From: a virus
IMG/VR virus record: IMGVR_UViG_3300044646_003076
Strand: one strand, 5' to 3'
DNA length: 64,000 bases
A program made the position numbers and the translations under genes. The stretch's first letter is position 1, and each line of letters opens with the position of its first letter. The notes below the pieces were generated by a model that did no database searches, had not been told where the DNA came from, and was given only the letters and a program-made list of their open reading frames with translations. Positions 57,229 through 63,862 of this stretch are shown here, one piece after another.

Positions 57229-57414
57229 ATGAACCACTTTATCTGCATCACAAGTAGCGGCGGCTACATCGGTCGTTTCGCTTGGTGTAACACCGGGTCG
57301 CCCATGTCGTATGCCACTGACGGATGGGGATGTGTCGCATTCTTCCCTGTTACCATTCTTGGCACATGGGCTGGATCAATTTCGCTGGTTCGCAGGATGG
57401 TCACATGGCATTGA
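57229..57414 (+). CDS. Hypothetical protein, GC-rich; 3' frame uncertain
   Basis: ATG-initiated ORF. An alternative frame to 57431 also looks coding. Confidence 0.4.
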   Translation: MNHFICITSSGGYIGRFAWCNTGSPMSYATDGWGCVAFFPVTILGTWAGSISLVRRMVTWH

Positions 57415-57458
57415 ACCCACTAGCTTATTAACATTCACATTTATTCGGAGATTTTATT

Positions 57459-57611
57459 ATGAAAACATTAGGCATTGCACTCGCTATCAATCTCTCATCT
57501 GTTGCTGCCGTAGTTTGCGCTTTGTTAGCTGCAATTCATGGTGTAACGGGTTGGGGGTGGTTTTTATTCATTGCAGTGTTGGTTTCTAAGGATTATCGGA
57601 GTGAGGACTAA
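57459..57611 (+). CDS. Small membrane protein (50 aa, not in ORF track)
   Basis: MKTLGIALAINLSSVAAVVCALLAAIHGVTGWGWFLFIAVLV. GGAG upstream. Confidence 0.65.
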   Translation: MKTLGIALAINLSSVAAVVCALLAAIHGVTGWGWFLFIAVLVSKDYRSED

Positions 57612-57662
57612 AACTATTGCTTGTCATAACATCCATCATTTACCCAATCCATTAAAATTCTC

Positions 57663-57911
57663 ATGAAAAACAAACTCCCGAATATTGAAAATCTTTCACG
57701 CTTTGAATTAGTGCAATTAGATAGCGAAATCAAAAAAAACTTCTATCAGAAAAGAAGAAAGTTATTGAGTTTAGAGTTAGGATTGTGTCTAACACTGGTC
57801 GCTTCACTGATCACGATCTTAGTTTCGATAAAACTGCAGAATCACTTGTTGATACAATCACAGATTATTATGACCTTTACCCAGATGTATCTGTGGAGAT
57901 TTTTGATATAA
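57663..57911 (+). CDS. Hypothetical membrane protein
   Basis: Hydrophobic C-terminal half. Confidence 0.55.
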   Translation: MKNKLPNIENLSRFELVQLDSEIKKNFYQKRRKLLSLELGLCLTLVASLITILVSIKLQNHLLIQSQIIMTFTQMYLWRFLI

Positions 57912-57917
57912 AAGAAG

Positions 57918-57976
57918 TGGACGCACCATAAACTGTCACATCACCCAACCATCTTCAAGCCAGGAAACACTAAGAT
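57918..57976 (+). promoter_or_regulatory. Box promoter (copy 6)
   Basis: TGGACG-N10-TGTCACA, 30 nt, then TAAGAT. Confidence 0.55.
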
Positions 57977-58223
57977 GATAGAGTCCCAACGAGTTCTAAT
58001 GAAACACTTAACATATCTAGGAAGAGGAGTCATTTCTAGTCTTAACTTCCACAAAGCACCATACGGTGCCCTTACACTATTCATATGGAATATTTTCTGG
58101 TTGATTATTATTGATAGTATAAGCGATTATGAAGTATATGGAACAAAATTTGTAATAAGTTTAATGCTATTGATTTATCTCTTTCTATGTTATCTTAACG
58201 GTAAAGCTGAGCTAAAAGAGTGA
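57975..58223 (+). CDS. Hypothetical membrane protein
   Basis: Two hydrophobic segments. Confidence 0.55.
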   Translation: MIESQRVLMKHLTYLGRGVISSLNFHKAPYGALTLFIWNIFWLIIIDSISDYEVYGTKFVISLMLLIYLFLCYLNGKAELKE

Positions 58224-58230
58224 TCTTCAT

Positions 58231-58314
58231 CGGAGCATGGCGGAATTGGTAGACGCAACGCACTTAAAATGCGTAGGTCGTAAGACTGTGGGAGTTCAAG
58301 TCTCCCTGCTCCGA
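58231..58314 (+). tRNA. tRNA-Leu (anticodon TAA)
   Basis: Acceptor CGGAGCA/TGCTCCG, anticodon arm ACGCA-CTTAAAA-TGCGT, long variable arm, T arm GGGAG-TTCAAGT-CTCCC. CCA not encoded. Confidence 0.95.
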
Positions 58315-58322
58315 TCTTCCTT

Positions 58323-58329
58323 CTAAATA
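58323..58329 (+). promoter_or_regulatory. T4-like late promoter
   Basis: CTAAATA upstream of 58342. Confidence 0.55.
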
Positions 58330-58341
58330 ATCCATCAAATA

Positions 58342-58599
58342 ATGATGGATATTATGGAAGAACTAAGAATACTCTGCAAATGCTGTAACACCGAAATCGT
58401 AAAAACTGGTACTTGTGGATGTCCCAATATGGCATCAATTCGTAACGATAGAATTTCTGCAGTTGACATGACTCAGATTGTTTTATTAACACCAATCAAA
58501 TCTAAGACTTACAACAGCATCTTCTCTCCAACAGATCTGGCCGATCAAGAATCCAGAAGAAAGAGAAAAGTTCGTAAGCTAGAATTTGAAGTTCGCTAA
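58342..58599 (+). CDS. Conserved cyanophage zinc-binding hypothetical protein
   Basis: CKCC...CGCPNM...RRKRKVRKLEFEVR. Confidence 0.72.
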   Translation: MMDIMEELRILCKCCNTEIVKTGTCGCPNMASIRNDRISAVDMTQIVLLTPIKSKTYNSIFSPTDLADQESRRKRKVRKLEFEVR

Positions 58600-58616
58600 T
58601 CTCTTCACTCAAACTT

Positions 58617-58769
58617 ATGGACGACCGAATTAAACAAAACTGGCAAAAAATTAAAGAGGCATTAGAAGCCTCAGGTAAAACAGATTGCCTCTTTTATCGC
58701 AGAGCGGTTTCTATTGTTAACACTGGTCATGATCCGTTTGAATCCGTTTTAAATAAAAATGAACCCTGA
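58617..58769 (+). CDS. Small conserved cyanophage protein (50 aa, not in ORF track)
   Basis: NWQKIKEALEASGKTDCLFYRRA...DP. Confidence 0.68.
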   Translation: MDDRIKQNWQKIKEALEASGKTDCLFYRRAVSIVNTGHDPFESVLNKNEP

Positions 58770-58906
58770 AGAAATTGAAAAACCGATTGATAACAAGATT
58801 CGCCAACATGAGATCAGAGTTGGATGGATTAGTGGTGTTATTGGCGCATTATTTACTTTTGGGGGTAATTCATGCTATCTGGTTGATTAAACAATGGATT
58901 CTTTGA
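58759..58906 (+). pseudogene. Small membrane protein with an apparent +1 frameshift in a G5 run
   Basis: RQHEIRVGWISGVIGALFTFG then GNSC...stop at 58890. With one G fewer it continues VIHAIWLIKQWIL, completing the TM helix. Confidence 0.55.
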
Positions 58907-59313
58907 ATAATTCAGATATTATGGATATTTTTGATGATCCAAACACATCTCAAGAAACACTAAGAAAATTAGCGACTGATGAGAATTGGGAGGTTCGTTT
59001 GCGATTAGCAGGACATCCAAACACACCACCAGAAACTTTAGAACATCTAGCCGTAGATAAGTGTTACACTGTTCGTATGAATGTGGCACATAATCTAAGG
59101 ACATCAACAAAAACACTAAAATTATTGGCGGAGGATAAAGATTTTCGTGTTCGTTGGGCAGTAGCACTAAACCGAAACACACCAATAAAAACACTAGAAT
59201 TATTGGCGATGGATGAGGAGGCTGGTGTTCGTTATCGGGTAACAAATAACAAAATCTGCCCACATTATATCAAGAAGTTTCTTAAAATTCAAAAGCATCT
59301 GGCTAGATTATGA
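58894..59313 (+). CDS. LRV/HEAT-like repeat protein (4 repeats), locus C
   Basis: 26-aa repeats and C-cap PHYIKKFLKIQKHLARL. Confidence 0.87.
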   Translation: MDSLNNSDIMDIFDDPNTSQETLRKLATDENWEVRLRLAGHPNTPPETLEHLAVDKCYTVRMNVAHNLRTSTKTLKLLAEDKDFRVRWAVALNRNTPIKTLELLAMDEEAGVRYRVTNNKICPHYIKKFLKIQKHLARL

Positions 59314-59867
59314 GAAAAGTTAAACAAGCTAAAGATCCATACACTTCAACCGAAATTCTAGAACAACTAGCGACCGATGAGGATTCTAGTGTTCGTTGGA
59401 ATGTAGTACGTAATCCAAACACACCACCAGAAGCTCTAGAACAATTAGCGACTGACAAGAATCCTGGGGTTCGTTGGGAGGTAGCGAGAAATCCAAACAC
59501 ACCACCAGAAGCTCTAGAACAATTAGCGACTGACAAGAATCCTGGGGTTCGTTGGGCAGTAGCACTACATCCAAACACCCCACCAACAACATTAGAACTT
59601 CTAGCGACCGATGATGATGATTATGTTCGTCAGGGAGTAGCACTACATCCAAACACCCCACCAAAAGCACTAGAAATTCTAGCGACCGATATGGATTATC
59701 GTGTTCGTTGGCGGGTAGCAAGATTACCAAATATACAACCAAAATTATTAGAAATCTTAGCTACCGATGAGAATCCATATGTTCGTATATGGCTAGCACA
59801 AAATCCAAACACACCACGCTACATCAAAAAGTATCTTAAAATTCAAGAACAACTTCAAAAATTATGA
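59310..59867 (+). CDS. LRV/HEAT-like repeat protein (6 repeats), locus C
   Basis: 26-aa repeats. Repeats 2 and 3 are a near-exact 78-bp duplication. Confidence 0.88.
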   Translation: MRKVKQAKDPYTSTEILEQLATDEDSSVRWNVVRNPNTPPEALEQLATDKNPGVRWEVARNPNTPPEALEQLATDKNPGVRWAVALHPNTPPTTLELLATDDDDYVRQGVALHPNTPPKALEILATDMDYRVRWRVARLPNIQPKLLEILATDENPYVRIWLAQNPNTPRYIKKYLKIQEQLQKL

Positions 59868-59995
59868 CGACTTCCTTTGATGATAACGATCCACCACAGC
59901 TTAACTTTGATAAATTATACGAACGAATAAAACAACAAAGAATGGAAGAACTCTTTTCTGAGCCCTATGATGGTGATATGGAAGAAGAGGATTGA
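59864..59995 (+). CDS. Small acidic hypothetical protein (43 aa, not in ORF track)
   Basis: Starts in the TTATGA overlap. LYERIKQQRMEELFSEP. Confidence 0.58.
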   Translation: MTTSFDDNDPPQLNFDKLYERIKQQRMEELFSEPYDGDMEEED

Positions 59996-60003
59996 ATTTA
60001 TTC

Positions 60004-60076
60004 GCTCGTCTAGCCATCCGGTGAAGGCAACGAACTCATAATTCGTAGGAGGTGGGTTCGATCCCCACGACGAGCA
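60004..60076 (+). tRNA. tRNA with anticodon CAT (elongator Met or lysidine-modified Ile2)
   Basis: Acceptor GCTCGTC/GACGAGC, anticodon arm ACGAA-CTCATAA-TTCGT, T arm GTGGG-TTCGATC-CCCAC. Lacks initiator features. Confidence 0.92.
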
Positions 60077-60077
60077 T

Positions 60078-60138
60078 TGTGTGACAGTCAATAAACTGTA
60101 CACAAATATCAACACTCTCAAGTGTTGTATGCTACTAT
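60078..60138 (+). promoter_or_regulatory. Box promoter (copy 7)
   Basis: TTGTGTGACAGT-N6-ACTGTACACAA, 29 nt, then TG-C-TACTAT. Confidence 0.7.
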
Positions 60139-60195
60139 AAAAACGGTCAAAAGACCAATTGTTCCTTTATCTATTTTTTCTCATAATCGTTTAAA

Positions 60196-60423
60196 ATGAC
60201 AAGAAAACCGTTTGATGGCAAGTTCAGTAAGGATATTCATATTCTTACTCGTGCAACTAAAGGAGAAGTCTATCTCGGCGACTATCCCAAAATCATCAAA
60301 AAACTTAAACGTTATTTTACTGAGCAATATTCTGATATCCAATTCTATAATGAACCCGAATCCGATAATTTTTATTTATTGGATCTGATTCGGAATGAAC
60401 TAGAAATTGATGTAGTGGTGTGA
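60196..60423 (+). CDS. Conserved cyanophage hypothetical protein
   Basis: LGDYPKIIKKLKRYF...GIQF-like segment. Confidence 0.68.
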   Translation: MTRKPFDGKFSKDIHILTRATKGEVYLGDYPKIIKKLKRYFTEQYSDIQFYNEPESDNFYLLDLIRNELEIDVVV

Positions 60424-60426
60424 ATT

Positions 60427-60858
60427 ATGGATACCAATCTTTTTTGGAATCTGAGAGGTAATTATTCAGAACGTAAAGAAAAACTTTCTAAGATGTCTCG
60501 TGAGTATTTGGAAGCCTCTGTCTTAGATTCATGTTATAATAACTTCATCACCAATATAGAGGAAAATAATACTACTGGCGTAAAGAGAATTCCTTATATT
60601 GGATGGTATTGGCGCCATGTAACATTTAGCGATTTTACCAATATCCGTATTGGAGATTGTGGTCAATTTGTTGGATTTATGGAGAGCAATAAGTGGGATC
60701 ATCCAGAAAGATATCTTACCGAAGATGAGGGGTGTAGTATTATTGCATTTATTGATAATGCAATGAGAATTCAAGAGGGAGCTAGTTCCGAGACAACTCT
60801 TGATATCGTTCTTCAAAATCTATGGGATTATATGCAAACTTTGAAAATTGAAAGATGA
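60427..60858 (+). CDS. Hypothetical protein
   Basis: Co-oriented ORF. Confidence 0.62.
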   Translation: MDTNLFWNLRGNYSERKEKLSKMSREYLEASVLDSCYNNFITNIEENNTTGVKRIPYIGWYWRHVTFSDFTNIRIGDCGQFVGFMESNKWDHPERYLTEDEGCSIIAFIDNAMRIQEGASSETTLDIVLQNLWDYMQTLKIER

Positions 60859-61219
60859 CTAATCTATTTGTAGGTGAATCCGATTTCCGAGAATGGTTGG
60901 AAGCTAATAATTTTTGGATTTATTCCTCATATAAAGATGATCCATGGAATGAATGTAATTGGTATGCGTGTCGGCGGGTTGCCCCGGAAAGCCGAAGATG
61001 TGATTGTAATGATGAAAACCCGGATTACAATTGGTAATCAGGCCATATCATTCCACCTATTTTACTAATTCTAGAACTGCTACATTTGAAATTATCGGGA
61101 AAACAAAAGGAATTTGGTATAATCTAACAGCTTATTCTATCAATATTGATGATGTTCCTGAAAAAATAGACGAAGTTTCAGAATCACTTGCTCGCGCCTG
61201 GGAGGCTCTTGTTCTATGA
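60855..61219 (+). pseudogene. Hypothetical protein split by a -1 frameshift in an A4 run (or a sequencing error)
   Basis: ...RRCDCNDE in frame 1, then KPGLQLVIRPYH...WYNLTAYS...LARAWEAL in the other frame. One extra A at 61015-61018 joins them. Confidence 0.62.
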
Positions 61220-61359
61220 TACCAGAATTAATGATTCTTGGATTCCTATTGATTATTGCTTCTTTTTCTGGTAACGGAAGTAGTTCAATATCTTTTGAAA
61301 ATAAAAATAAGCCAAAAGGGCCACCACTAAAATTTAAAAAAATCACAAAGGAAAAATAA
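61216..61359 (+). CDS. Small membrane-anchored basic protein (47 aa, not in ORF track)
   Basis: MIPELMILGFLLIIASF...KPKGPPLKFKK. Coupled on both sides. Confidence 0.55.
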   Translation: MIPELMILGFLLIIASFSGNGSSSISFENKNKPKGPPLKFKKITKEK

Positions 61360-61647
61360 ATGAGTAACACATTACATGTCTATGCACAGTCAGCACCACA
61401 TGACAGTGTTTTTATCTGTGGAACTAAAGAATCACTAGAAAAACTAAGAGAAACATTAGATAATATTCTTACTGAAGATCTTAAGTTTGGTGCTTATGAT
61501 GAGTTTACTAATGATGGCGAGGGATATAACGTACATATTGATTTGTTATCTGAAGAGAAAATGGAGCAGATGGCCGTTCCCTATAGTGATGAGATTTTCT
61601 GGAATAATGAATCCAATAAAACAAAAGTGTATCCTTGGTATCTTTGA
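61360..61647 (+). CDS. Hypothetical protein
   Basis: HDSVFICGTKESLEKL...NDGEGY..HI...PY. Confidence 0.65.
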   Translation: MSNTLHVYAQSAPHDSVFICGTKESLEKLRETLDNILTEDLKFGAYDEFTNDGEGYNVHIDLLSEEKMEQMAVPYSDEIFWNNESNKTKVYPWYL

Positions 61648-61681
61648 ATAATAATCACCAACAAATAATGAATTTTGTATT

Positions 61682-61939
61682 ATGGATTACGGATTAACGC
61701 CATATTGTTTATCAAGAAATCCAAACACACCACCAAAAGCCCTAGAACAACTAGCGACCGATGAGTGGGGTCCTATTCGTTGTTGGGTAGCACTAAACCC
61801 AAACACTCCACCAACAACATTAAAACAACTAGCAACCGATGAGGAATGGTATGTTCGTTGGGGTGTAGCACGAAATCCAAATACTCCACGCTATCTCAAG
61901 AAGTATCTTAAAATTCAAGAACATTTGGTGAGATTATGA
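61682..61939 (+). CDS. LRV/HEAT-like repeat protein (2 repeats), locus D
   Basis: Lacks the N-cap. Repeats and C-cap intact. Confidence 0.82.
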   Translation: MDYGLTPYCLSRNPNTPPKALEQLATDEWGPIRCWVALNPNTPPTTLKQLATDEEWYVRWGVARNPNTPRYLKKYLKIQEHLVRL

Positions 61940-62493
61940 ACAAATTTGAACAAGCTAGAGATCCAAATACACCACAAGAAGAGTTAGAGCGTCTAGCTAC
62001 TGATGATGAGTATCTGGTTCGTTGTGGTGTAGCACGAAATCCATCCACACCAACAAAAGCCCTAGAACAACTAGCGACTGATAAGTGTGGTAATGCTCGT
62101 GAAGGAGTAGCAGATAATCCAAACACTCCACCAGAAATCCTAGAACAATTAGCGACCGATGAGGATTATTGGGTTCGTTGGAGAGTAGCACATAATCCAA
62201 ACACACCACCAAAAGCCCTAGAACAACTAGCGACCGATGAGGATTCTAGTGTTCGTTATTGGGTAGCAGAAAATCCAAACACACCACCAAAAGCTCTAGA
62301 ACAACTAGAGACCGATGAGAATTCTGATGTTCGTTGGAGTGTAGCAGATAATCCAAACACACCACCAAAAGCTCTAGAACAACTAGCGACCGATGAGAAT
62401 TCTGATGTTCGTTGGAGTGTAGCAGATAATCCAAACACTCCACGCTATCTCAAAAAGTATCTTAAAATTCAAGAACATCTAGCTAAATTATGA
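61936..62493 (+). CDS. LRV/HEAT-like repeat protein (6 repeats), locus D
   Basis: Repeats 5 and 6 are a near-exact 78-bp duplication. Confidence 0.88.
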   Translation: MNKFEQARDPNTPQEELERLATDDEYLVRCGVARNPSTPTKALEQLATDKCGNAREGVADNPNTPPEILEQLATDEDYWVRWRVAHNPNTPPKALEQLATDEDSSVRYWVAENPNTPPKALEQLETDENSDVRWSVADNPNTPPKALEQLATDENSDVRWSVADNPNTPRYLKKYLKIQEHLAKL

Positions 62494-62810
62494 ACGCTAT
62501 GGAAAAAGAAGAACAACTTCAAAGATTAGAATCTTATTTTGATCGTATTAAAAACACTCTTGAATTATGTGGCCCAAGTCAGGAGTTTATTGAAGAAGTA
62601 AGAGAACTTTTAGGATTTTCTCATGTAATAAGTGGAGTTGCTTGCTCAGAATGTGATGGATCCGGATATAAAGTCTATGGTTCTACTGCAGGATGGGCCG
62701 GAGGCATTGGTGGACAGACAATAACGACGAGTGTATGTGATTGTTGCTGGGGAAGTGGAAGAAGTGATAAAAAATTCGGAGATTTAAGAAAACTTAGATC
62801 CATGTCTTAA
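62490..62810 (+). CDS. Protein with a DnaJ-type CxxCxGxG zinc finger
   Basis: CSECDGSG...CDCCWGSG. Confidence 0.7.
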   Translation: MNAMEKEEQLQRLESYFDRIKNTLELCGPSQEFIEEVRELLGFSHVISGVACSECDGSGYKVYGSTAGWAGGIGGQTITTSVCDCCWGSGRSDKKFGDLRKLRSMS

Positions 62811-62821
62811 ATAGTTAAAAC

Positions 62822-63061
62822 GTGTATAATGGAAGAATGGACCGTTCAACTTTTTTACGCTACATAGGTAACATTTTTCTTATCGTTGGTTATTTCATTC
62901 TTCTTCATGTTGATATGACGGCTGGCCTTTTGATAAAATGCATCGGTGGTTTCTTGACTGTTCCGTTTGCTGTTAAATACAAACTGTGGGATGTTGTCTT
63001 TATATGGGGCTTCTTCAGCTTTATTGAAATCGCCAAAATTATTGAATTGCTTACTAAATGA
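62822..63061 (+). CDS. Small multi-pass membrane protein (conserved in cyanophages)
   Basis: LRYIGNIFLIVGYFILL...KYKLWDVV. TTAAATA at 62807. Confidence 0.68.
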   Translation: MYNGRMDRSTFLRYIGNIFLIVGYFILLHVDMTAGLLIKCIGGFLTVPFAVKYKLWDVVFIWGFFSFIEIAKIIELLTK

Positions 63062-63064
63062 ACT

Positions 63065-63862
63065 ATGTTAGCTAATAACTCAATAGGAAATCTCGGGAGA
63101 CTCGGCAATCAAATGTTTCAATATGCTGCTCTTAGAGGAATAGCGGTGGAACATAATTATGAGTATTGTCTTCCACCATTGAATTTCATTGCAACTCAAG
63201 ATCCTAATTGTGCAACTAGCGATTGCACTATTTTTGATTGTTTTATGTTACCCGAAGCACCAAGACGACTGCTTTCTGGACCGATTCTAGAAGAATCTTC
63301 TTTTGAGTTTGACAATAATCTATGGAATTCGTGTCCTGATAACGTTTCTCTTTATGGTTATTTTCAAAGCGAAAAATACTTTAACCATATAAAAGAGAAC
63401 ATAAGAAACTCTTTTCGGTTCAAAGAAACTTCTGAAATATCTTATGCTTCTAGTTTCTTTAATGAGGAATTCAATAATACCTCAGTGATCTCCTTACACA
63501 TTAGAAGAGGAGATTATCTTAAATACACTCATCATCCAACTCTTCCGATGAGTTATTATGAAGACGCTCTTAGTCAGTTGCCTGATGTTCCAGTTTTTGT
63601 TTTTTCGGATGATGTGAATTGGTGTAAACAAGAAGTGTCATTTCGTTCGGATAGATTTTATATTTCAGAATCTAACAGTACGGCAGTTGATCTTTATCTT
63701 CAATCCAGATGTAGTCATCATATTATTGCAAACAGTTCCTTTAGTTGGTGGGGAGCGTGGTTAGCTAAAAGTCAAAAAGTTATTGCACCGAAGCAATGGT
63801 TCGGACCACCACTAACACATAATACAAAAGATCTTTACTGTGAGGATTGGATTCAATGCTAA
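63065..63862 (+). CDS. Glycosyltransferase family 11 (alpha-1,2-fucosyltransferase-like)
   Basis: GRLGNQMFQYA, GYFQSEKYF, LHIRRGDY, FSDD, IIANSSFSWWGAWL. Confidence 0.93.
   Translation: MLANNSIGNLGRLGNQMFQYAALRGIAVEHNYEYCLPPLNFIATQDPNCATSDCTIFDCFMLPEAPRRLLSGPILEESSFEFDNNLWNSCPDNVSLYGYFQSEKYFNHIKENIRNSFRFKETSEISYASSFFNEEFNNTSVISLHIRRGDYLKYTHHPTLPMSYYEDALSQLPDVPVFVFSDDVNWCKQEVSFRSDRFYISESNSTAVDLYLQSRCSHHIIANSSFSWWGAWLAKSQKVIAPKQWFGPPLTHNTKDLYCEDWIQC

Noticed and set aside
5868-62493. Diversity-generating retroelement as the source of LRV variation
   Set aside because: There is no reverse transcriptase, accessory gene or non-coding template repeat in the window. Variable codons differ at all three positions (TAT/TGG/GAA/CGT/AGT/GCA) without an evident adenine-only pattern. 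An RT elsewhere in the genome cannot be excluded.
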